From a virus (lineage: Duplodnaviria > Caudoviricetes), in the IMG/VR virus record IMGVR_UViG_3300017774_000740, positions 1 to 36,446 of that record: a stretch of DNA of 36,446 nucleotides. One strand, 5' to 3'. How positions within the stretch are numbered: position 1 is the first letter of the stretch; the number at the start of each line of letters is the position of its first letter. This document shows positions 7,673-16,300 of the stretch, one piece after another. The position numbers were made by a program, and so were the translations under genes. The notes under the pieces are model-generated. The model ran no database searches, was not told where the DNA came from, and saw only the letters and a program-made list of their open reading frames with translations.

Positions 7673-10600
7673 ATGGCTTCCACGCGTATCTACTTCCGTT
7701 CGTTTGCGGGCGGCGAGATGTCGCCAGAGATGTTTGGTCGCGTCGATGACGTGAAGTACCAAACTGGTGCAGCGCGCATGCGGAACTTCATTGCCATGCC
7801 GCAGGGTCCGGCAGAGAACCGCCCTGGTACCAAGTTTGTGCGCGAGGTGAAGGATTCAACCAAGCGCACCAGGCTGATACCGTTCACATACAGCACAACA
7901 CAGACGATGGCGATTGAGTTGGGAGCTGGCTACACGCGATTCCACACACAGGGAGCAACGCTAACGCCAGGTTCTCCATCTGCATATGTTGCCGGCGGAA
8001 CGACTGTCACGGTAACGCAATCGGCACAGGCAGCCGTAACGATGCTGCAATCGAAGTCGGCAACCGTAACGATCACAATTGCATCTCCTGCGCAGATCAG
8101 TTGGACGGGACACGGATTGTCAAACGGCACAATTGTGACGTTTACAACTACTGACGCGCTGCCAAACGGAATTGACGTTGGAACAGAGTATTTTGTCGTT
8201 AGTGCGGCCGCCAACCACTTCAATGTGTCGCTAACAAGCGGCGGTACTCCAGTCGATACAACTGGCTCGCAATCTGGAACGCATAGGGCAAGCACAGGAA
8301 CGCAGGTTACTTGGACTTCACACGGTTTATCAAATGGACAAGAAGTGCTGTTCAGCAGTTCCGGAAGTCTGCCGTCGGGTCTGACGCAAAACACTTCGTA
8401 CTATGTCCGAAACGCTGCTACGAATACGTTTCTGATTGCGACCACTCCTAATGGTCCTTTGGTTTTGACCACAACTGGAGGCAGTGGAGTTCAGACGGCA
8501 AGTACGCCAGCACTTATCAACTGGACATCGCACGGACTTGCAAATGGAACTGCAATCGGATTCACGACAACTGGCACGCTCCCAACAGGAATGCTGCCTG
8601 ACACCGTGTACTACGTGAAGAACGCCGCTGCGAATACGTTCCAAATTTCTCTTTCAAGTGGCGGAACACCAGTAATCACAACCACTGCTGGCAGCGGAAC
8701 GCATACGGCATCAACCCCATACAACGTAGGATCGCTCGTTTCGCAGGGCGGAACAAATTACTACTGCATTGCCACGGCAATCAACAAAACGCCTCCGAAT
8801 GCGACGTATTGGTATCCGTTGCCATCTGGCGTCTATGAAATCCCGAACCCGTATTCCGAGGCGGACCTGTTCGACATCCACTACGTTCAGAGCGCGGACG
8901 TTCTGACGCTGGTGCATCCAAACTATGCGCCACGAGAACTGCGAAGAAATGGCGCGACAACGTGGGTTCTGTCAACGATAAACTTCGCCGCACCGCTATC
9001 GCCACCGAACGGACTGACGGCAATCAAGACTGGAACCGGAACCGGATATGTTTATCAGTATGTGGTCACGGCTGTTGATTCTGACCTGATTAGTGAATCG
9101 GCGCAAAGCTCATCTGTCAGTGTCAACCTAGATTTTGGAACCGCTGGAAGTTACGTGACGATCCAATGGACAGCCGTTCCTGGAGCTTCTAGGTATCGCG
9201 TTTACAAGTTGCAGGGTGGCTTGTATGGGTTCATCGGAGAAACCGATGGCACATCCATCATCGACAATAACATTGGGCCAGACATGGGCGTTACGCCGCC
9301 CATCTATGACACCGTGTTCAACAGCGCGAACAACTACCCAGGCGCAGTCAGTTATTTTGAGCAACGCCGCATCTTTGCGGGCACGAACAATGCTCCGCAG
9401 ACGATGTTGATGACGCGCAGCGGAACGGAATCGGACATGTCGTATTCGATTCCGACCGAGGAAACGGATCGAATCAAGTTCCGTGTGGCTGCGCGAGAGG
9501 CAAACACCATTCGCCACATCGTTCCGCTTACGCAGCTCTTGACGCTTACCAGCGCCGCTGAGTGGCGAATCAGCCCGGTGAACAGCGATGTCATTACGCC
9601 GACAACGATTTCGGTGCGTCCACAGTCATACATCGGCGCAAACAATGTCCAGCCGTCGATTGTGAACAACACGGTGATCTATTGTGCGGCGCGTGGCGGT
9701 CATGTCCGCGAACTTGGCTACTCGTGGCAGGCGAGCGGCTTCGTTACTGGAGATTTGTCACTTCGTGCAGCGCACCTGTTCGACAGTCGTGACATCACTG
9801 ACATGTGCTACAGCAAGTCTCCGCAGCCACTCCTGTGGTTCGTATCGAACAATGGGTATCTGCTGGGCCTGACGTATGTGCCGGAGCAGCAGGTCGCTGC
9901 TTGGCATTGGCACGATACAGATGGCACCTACGAATCCTGCACGGCAATCGCTGAAGGTAACGAGGACGCGCTATACGTCATTGTGAAGCGCACGATCAAC
10001 TCGGTCACGAAGCGATATGTCGAGAGGTTTGAAACCCGACAAATTACGGACCTTGAGGACTGTTTCTTTGTGGACTGTGGTCTGTCGTATGACGGCACGA
10101 ACACAACGGCAACTACGGTCACGGTGACTGGCGGATCGACGTGGGGGCCAGCCGACACGCTGACGGTGACTGCATCCAGCGGCATCTTTGTGTTCCCTGG
10201 CACAAGCGACGTGGGCGACGCCATCGTGATTACTGGCACCGATGGCGTGCAATATCGGCTCACGATCTTGTCTACCAGCAGTAGCACCGTGGCTACGGCG
10301 CGAGTGGACAAGGTGATACCAGCTGCGCTTCGTAGCGTGGCTACCGCAGTTTGGGCGTTCGCACGCAACAGCGTCAGTGGTCTGTCACACCTGGAAGGCA
10401 AGACGGTCAGCATTCTGGCAGACGGGGCGGTACAGCCGCAGGAAACGGTTGTGTCTGGCAGCGTCTCGTTGGATCGTGCGTTCACCGTTATTCATGTCGG
10501 ATTGCCATACGAGAGTGACCTGCAAACTTTGCCATTGACCATCAACATTGACGGCGCTGGACAGGGGCGGCGCAAGAACATCAACAAGGCGACGCTTCGC

Positions 10601-10828
10601 GTGTTCCAGTCGAGTGGCATCTTTGTTGGCCCGGATGCAGACAATTTGGTGGAAGCCAAGCAGCGCAGCACGGAACCGTATGGCAGTCCACCCGCGCTCA
10701 AGAGCGATGAGGTTGATGTGGACTTGATGCCGAAGTGGGCAAATAGCGGTCAGGTATTTATTCGTCAGCTTGATCCACTGCCGTTGAGTGTGGTCGGTTT
10801 GACTCTTGAGGTTGTGATCGGAGGCTAA
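7673..10828 (+). CDS. Tail nozzle (tail tubular protein B/Bbp13-like) with inserted repeats
   Basis: SFAGGEMSP.MFGR.D..KY, RPGTKFV, YVQSADV, YPGAVSYFEQR, VAAWHWH, GLSHLEGKTV, PLPLSVVG; unusually long (1051 aa). Confidence 0.92.
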   Translation: MASTRIYFRSFAGGEMSPEMFGRVDDVKYQTGAARMRNFIAMPQGPAENRPGTKFVREVKDSTKRTRLIPFTYSTTQTMAIELGAGYTRFHTQGATLTPGSPSAYVAGGTTVTVTQSAQAAVTMLQSKSATVTITIASPAQISWTGHGLSNGTIVTFTTTDALPNGIDVGTEYFVVSAAANHFNVSLTSGGTPVDTTGSQSGTHRASTGTQVTWTSHGLSNGQEVLFSSSGSLPSGLTQNTSYYVRNAATNTFLIATTPNGPLVLTTTGGSGVQTASTPALINWTSHGLANGTAIGFTTTGTLPTGMLPDTVYYVKNAAANTFQISLSSGGTPVITTTAGSGTHTASTPYNVGSLVSQGGTNYYCIATAINKTPPNATYWYPLPSGVYEIPNPYSEADLFDIHYVQSADVLTLVHPNYAPRELRRNGATTWVLSTINFAAPLSPPNGLTAIKTGTGTGYVYQYVVTAVDSDLISESAQSSSVSVNLDFGTAGSYVTIQWTAVPGASRYRVYKLQGGLYGFIGETDGTSIIDNNIGPDMGVTPPIYDTVFNSANNYPGAVSYFEQRRIFAGTNNAPQTMLMTRSGTESDMSYSIPTEETDRIKFRVAAREANTIRHIVPLTQLLTLTSAAEWRISPVNSDVITPTTISVRPQSYIGANNVQPSIVNNTVIYCAARGGHVRELGYSWQASGFVTGDLSLRAAHLFDSRDITDMCYSKSPQPLLWFVSNNGYLLGLTYVPEQQVAAWHWHDTDGTYESCTAIAEGNEDALYVIVKRTINSVTKRYVERFETRQITDLEDCFFVDCGLSYDGTNTTATTVTVTGGSTWGPADTLTVTASSGIFVFPGTSDVGDAIVITGTDGVQYRLTILSTSSSTVATARVDKVIPAALRSVATAVWAFARNSVSGLSHLEGKTVSILADGAVQPQETVVSGSVSLDRAFTVIHVGLPYESDLQTLPLTINIDGAGQGRRKNINKATLRVFQSSGIFVGPDADNLVEAKQRSTEPYGSPPALKSDEVDVDLMPKWANSGQVFIRQLDPLPLSVVGLTLEVVIGG
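8066..8713 (+). repeat. Three 70-aa tandem domain repeats inside the nozzle gene
   Basis: WT(G/S)HGL(S/A)NG...LP(N/S/T)G...Y(F/Y)V..AA.N.F.......G.P...T...SG; Trp codons at 8102, 8312, 8522 (210-nt period). Confidence 0.9.
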
Positions 10829-10829
10829 T

Positions 10830-11588
10830 ATGGGATTCGTCGTAACAACGCCTGGGAAGGGATTCAGTTATCCGGGATTGGATAACACGCTATTGACCCA
10901 ATCGAAAATCCCAGAAATCGCGTCCATGCAAAACGAGGCGGCGTTGACCGCAGCGCAGAGCGGTGGTGCTGGGACCGGATTCAATATGGGTCAGTTTGCG
11001 GAGGCCATGACGGTTGCTGGCCCGATCATGGCGATTCTTGGCGCTGCCAACAGTGCCATCGGCTCGTATTACACCGCGCAGAGCCAGCAGAACCAACTCA
11101 AGATGCAGGCGCAGAATCAGGCGTTTGCAGCCGAGATGGCGCGTGTCAATCAGGGCATGGCTCGGTTTGCTGCCGGCGGAATCATGCGCGAGGGGCAGGA
11201 GCGCGTCGGTCGCTACACAATGCAGGCGGGGCAGGCCCGTGCGTCTGCCAAGGCTGCGCTTGCGGCTCGTGGAGGCGTGTTGAGCGAAGGCGCGCCTGCA
11301 GAGATTCTTGGCAGCATGGATTTGGTCAAGGAGATCGACAAGCTTTCCATGAGCGCGGCCAATGTCAGGGCAGCTGAGGCGGCCAAGTTGCAGGCGTTCA
11401 ACATCGGTGTCGGTGCAACGATGGCTGACATCTCTGCGCAGAACCTTCAGGCAACTGCCAGCACGATCTATCCTGGGCTGTCGCTCAGTACAAGTCTGCT
11501 CGGCAGCGCAACCGACATTGCTGGATCGTGGGCGCGCAATAGGCGCATTGAGGAACTTCTGGCTGGCGTTTCTACGCAGAGGATGTAA
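10830..11588 (+). CDS. Internal virion/ejection protein 1
   Basis: Ala/Gly/Gln-rich helical protein, AALAARGGVL.EG...EIL.S.D pattern; follows the nozzle. Confidence 0.75.
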   Translation: MGFVVTTPGKGFSYPGLDNTLLTQSKIPEIASMQNEAALTAAQSGGAGTGFNMGQFAEAMTVAGPIMAILGAANSAIGSYYTAQSQQNQLKMQAQNQAFAAEMARVNQGMARFAAGGIMREGQERVGRYTMQAGQARASAKAALAARGGVLSEGAPAEILGSMDLVKEIDKLSMSAANVRAAEAAKLQAFNIGVGATMADISAQNLQATASTIYPGLSLSTSLLGSATDIAGSWARNRRIEELLAGVSTQRM

Positions 11589-11590
11589 GC

Positions 11591-13345
11591 ATGCCGACCG
11601 TACCTACATCGTTCGTACCGCAGGTTGCTCCGCAGAGCGGTGGTGACATCGGACAGTTCCAAGCACCACAGGTGGCGGTAACAGAGAACCTTGCCGCTCC
11701 TCAGCAGGTGCGGTTCGGTGCAGCCATGACGGGTGCTGGAAATCAGGTCTTCCGTCTTGGTAGTGCTATTCAGGACGGTATTAATGAGGCACAGACCAAG
11801 GCCGCTGATATCGCATTCCTCCAGCAAGCCAATTCCATGCTGCGTGGCGATCAGGGATACCTGCGAACTGTTGGCAAGGACGCTGAGTCGCGGTACGCAT
11901 CGACAGCAGATGCTTTGACGCAGGCTGGACAATCGACGCTAGACGGACTTCAGAACGATACACAGAAGTCGATGTTCAAGAATGTACTTGCACGGAACAT
12001 GATGACGTTCCAAACACAAGCACTTGACCACCGCGACAAGGAAGTGAAGGTCTTCGCGGCAAATGAATCTCGCGCTCGGGCGGATCAGTACGCAGCTCTT
12101 GCGATTCAGGACTTTGAAAATCGCGGCGAACTTTTGAGTGGTTACGAGATCAATCGTGGCGTGGCCCTAAACGAACTCAAGCAGGCCGCATCGCTTTCCG
12201 GCATTCCAGAGGGTTCCGCGCAGTTCACGGCAATCCAGCAGCAACTTGATACGCAACTGACGACAGGGGTGGTCAATCGACTGATGCTGGACAACCGCTA
12301 CGACGAGGCTTACAAGTGGGTCGATGCCCAGCGCAAAGCTGGTAATTTGGAGCGCAGGGCGGGTGACAGCCTGATGGCATCAATTGATGCAAACCGGGAT
12401 CGCTTCATGATTGATGAATATGCAACGACCATCAAGGGATATGGGCGCGTTGGAAGCCCAAATGATGAGGCCAACGACCCGCAGGAGGCTCCAGGATCGC
12501 TCAGGGACGCTTTGGACATTGCTGACGGGATCAAAGACCCGGAGATCCGCAAGGGCGTCCAGGCGGCCCTGCGGACCCAATACGGGCAGGAGGAGGCATT
12601 GGTTCGGCAGGAATACAACTTCCTGATCGACCGAACCGAGCAGTTCCTCGCCATACCTGGCAATGACGTAAATAAGATCCCTCCTTCCGCATGGGGCCGG
12701 CTGAAGCCGACCGATCAGGCGCGATTCCTAAAGTCGCAGCGCGAGGTTGATGAACTTGGAGTCATGGAGGAGTTGGCACGCAATCCTTCGGTACTGACTC
12801 GCGAGTACTTGGAAGAAAACCGTGGTCGCATGACGCGGCAGACCTACACCAAGTTGCTGGGAGACATGAACGCTCCAGACAAGGTGATCGCGGCCACGCT
12901 TGACGCAGATCAGGTTGAGGCCACGTTCTTGGCAAATGGAATGACCAGCTTGACGAACCCGCGAACGGACTCGGAGAAGAACGAATCGCTCACGCTCCGC
13001 AACATGTTCAAGGCGCAGATTGATGACATGCAGAGTGCGATGAAGCGACCGCTAAATCGAACCGAGAAGCAGCGCGTACTGGATCAGGTCATCCTGCAAT
13101 ACAACGAAAAGGGATACGAGCCTGATTGGTATTTTGACAACGAGATGCGACTTGGTGCCATGACCGCAGAGCAGCGTCAAACCGCGTACGTCATGGTTGG
13201 GAAAAATCGCGTTACGTTGTCGAGTGTTCCGCAATCGTTTGTGTCTAACGTGGCGTTACCAGAGTTCCGCAAGGCGGGCGTCACAAATCCAACCATGCAG
13301 CAGATCGCCGACTATTGGCTCCGAAAGGGCAGGCCGTCCGAATGA
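11591..13345 (+). CDS. Internal virion/ejection protein 2
   Basis: MPTVPT start, QGYLRTVGKDA motif, helical composition; positional equivalent of the second ejection protein; no muralytic domain recognised. Confidence 0.75.
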   Translation: MPTVPTSFVPQVAPQSGGDIGQFQAPQVAVTENLAAPQQVRFGAAMTGAGNQVFRLGSAIQDGINEAQTKAADIAFLQQANSMLRGDQGYLRTVGKDAESRYASTADALTQAGQSTLDGLQNDTQKSMFKNVLARNMMTFQTQALDHRDKEVKVFAANESRARADQYAALAIQDFENRGELLSGYEINRGVALNELKQAASLSGIPEGSAQFTAIQQQLDTQLTTGVVNRLMLDNRYDEAYKWVDAQRKAGNLERRAGDSLMASIDANRDRFMIDEYATTIKGYGRVGSPNDEANDPQEAPGSLRDALDIADGIKDPEIRKGVQAALRTQYGQEEALVRQEYNFLIDRTEQFLAIPGNDVNKIPPSAWGRLKPTDQARFLKSQREVDELGVMEELARNPSVLTREYLEENRGRMTRQTYTKLLGDMNAPDKVIAATLDADQVEATFLANGMTSLTNPRTDSEKNESLTLRNMFKAQIDDMQSAMKRPLNRTEKQRVLDQVILQYNEKGYEPDWYFDNEMRLGAMTAEQRQTAYVMVGKNRVTLSSVPQSFVSNVALPEFRKAGVTNPTMQQIADYWLRKGRPSE

Positions 13346-16300
13346 TTCCGTTTACGCCAGACGACCGTCGAGCGCAGTTCGCACCTTCGCAGAATGTCGG
13401 AGGTGCCGTGGACCGCGACGTGCTAGACATCATCGGCGCACAACCGCAGCAGACGATGGCAGCGCAAGTCGATTACGAAGTGCCAGACATCAAGCCAGTC
13501 GATCCGGATGTTGTGGCAATCGTGAACCAGAATCAGGGTCCGCTTATGGCGTCTCTGATGGGCGCATCGCAGGTGAATCCGGATCAGGCGGCGGAAGCAA
13601 AGCGCATTGGTTCACAGATTGGTATTGGACAGGACATCGCTTTGCGGAATATGGATGACGTGCGGCAGCGCGCATTCATGGCCGATGTACAGCGCCGCGA
13701 CATTGCGCGTGCGAACCCGGTGCTTGCGGGCTTCTTGACCGACAGAACATTTGCGAACGAGGCGAGTGACGATATTGGAACACTCGACCGTGTTGGTTCA
13801 TTCTTTGCAGACATTGGCCGTGCAGCTGCCGGTAGGCCAATGTATTACACGGCTGGCGAATTGGCTCGCGGATACATGCGCGGCCAACTTGTCGCAGAGC
13901 GTGGAGAAATTGGTACGAGGGCAATCTTGGGGGAGGCAGAGGAAACAAACTTTGCTCGCGCCAAGCAAATTCAGGCCGAGATGCGTGACCTTGCCGGCGG
14001 TGGAATTCTCGCATCAACTGCCGAAGTCGTGGCGCAAAATGTGGCTCAGGCGCGAGAGGTGGTCGGCGCTGGTTTGGTTGGCGGCGCAGCAGGATCGGTG
14101 ATCCCAGGCATTGGCACAATGACTGGATTTGCTGGCGGTTTGGGAACGGGCATTGTTTTGACAACGGCAAAAATGGAAGCCGGAAACCTGTACTTGGACC
14201 TTCAGGAACAAGGTATTAGCGATGACACGGCAGTTCCAATTGCTGTCGGCGCTGGCTTGCTGAACGGCGTAGTTGAAGCCGTTGGCATGAAGGTCGCCGC
14301 AGCTCCGTTTCGACAATTGGCAGTGCGCGTGATGCGCGAGCAAATTGCAGAAGCAATACAGAAGCCGACGATGCGCGCCGCGCTGGCGGCAGCCGGCAAG
14401 GCTTATGTTGTCCAAGTCGGATCAGAAGCGACAGAGGAAGGTTTGCAGGAAATTGTGAACATTGCCGGCGAGGAACTTGCCAAGGGCATGGAGGGCATCG
14501 ACAGCGAAACGACCATGCGCGATGCGGCCAAGCGCGTGCTGGATTCGTTTGTGCAGGGAGCAATGGGCGGGTCCATTCTTGGCGGTATCGGCCCAGGCGC
14601 GAACTTGTATGTCGATTTGCGGCGGGCTAACAAGGCCACGAAGCAGACGCGGTTCTTCGATGATCTTTCAAAGAACGCCACCGAGTCAAAGCTCAAGGCG
14701 CGAGATGCTGGAGCATACGAACGGTTTGTGGCAGCAACGGCTGACGGAACCGGCGCTGATACGGTGTTTGTTGATGGCGCGACCATTCGCGACGTGCTAA
14801 CGCAGGCTGGAGTGACGGACACGCAACTTGACGCAATTATTCCTGGCATGGCGCAGCAGGTGCGTCAGGCCGTCGAACTTGGCAACGACGTGACGCTGCC
14901 AACCTCGCAGTTTGCGGCGCGTTTGGCCGGCACGAAGTTGGGAGACGCACTAATGCCGCATATGCGCCTGTCGCCAGATGCGATGAGCGCAATGGAGGCG
15001 CAGCAGTTTGAGCAGAGCCGCGAGGCGTTGGTTGAAGAGGCTCGTGCCCTGCTTGATGCAAAGACAGAGGCAGAGAGCGCATTTGTTCAGGAAGCGGATC
15101 AGATCGCATCAAGCATGCGCGATAGATTGGTGGCTGCGGGTCGTGATCCTGCAATGGCTGAAGTCGAATCACTTGTGCATCAGGCATTCGTGGTGACGCA
15201 GGCTGCACGTCGCGGGATGACGCCGTCCCAGTTTGAGGCCGAGAGCGGACTTCGCGAGATTGTTGGTGTTCCAAAGGTTGGCGCTCCGATGGAGCAGGCG
15301 GCCATACCAAAGCCATCGGCGCGAGTCGTTGAACTTCTGCCTACGTCACAGGTATTGGATGAGCGAGGTTTCGGACCTATTACGCATCCTGTTGATGGCG
15401 ACGAGGTTGCAGCTGGTCGGGCCATGCGCACGGTTCTTGGCGGCATTGATGTGCCACGCAAGTATCTGAAAACTCAAGAGGCGTTCGATTATCTGCTGGG
15501 TGCTATCAATCAGGTATTGCTGAACAAGAGCAAGGATTCGGCAGACTATGACCGGGCTGCTGCGTCAATGGGCCGCGCACTTCGTACTGATCTTGCGACC
15601 GTGGATGACATCGTCATCTCGGCGAAAAAGCTCGGCTATGCTGGCATCGACCAGGATTTTCGGATTGAGACAGAGGACACGCTGACGAAGACCGATGTGA
15701 TGGAGGTGCTGGATCAGATTCCGATTGCTCCAGAGATGTTCGACCAAGCATCCCGCATGGACGCCGACTACCTCGCGGCGGTCGAGCGCGGCGACATGGC
15801 GACCGCGCAGCGGATGGTTGACGAAGCGGCCAGAGCGGCTGGATATAACATTGGCCCTCTTTACCATGGCGGAATCACTCGCATTGATGTTCCGCGTGGT
15901 GTTCGTGGCGTGGCTGCATCAGCAAGTTTCAATCGTGATATTGCACAACAATATGCAGATCAGATGCAGGAGGCGTATTCCGAAGGCAATGCGGTTCTGC
16001 CAGAAAGCGCACAGATCGTTGGCCCGACAGTTTCTCGGTGGTATGCAAAGGGAGAAATTTTCGATCCACGCAATCAATCACATATTGAAAGGGCAGGTCT
16101 GAAAGACCGGGATCTTGCATTCACGTGGGAAGATTATGAAATTGGTTGGGAAGGAGGCTTGTCTGATGTTGCGAGGGCAATTCGCAATGCTGGGTTTTCC
16201 GGATACTTGGAACGAGAAAGTGCAACTGATGCTTTTGAAAATGTAAGTTTTTTCAAGCCAGAAGCAATCAAATCCGCCGACCCAGTCACCTACGACGAGC

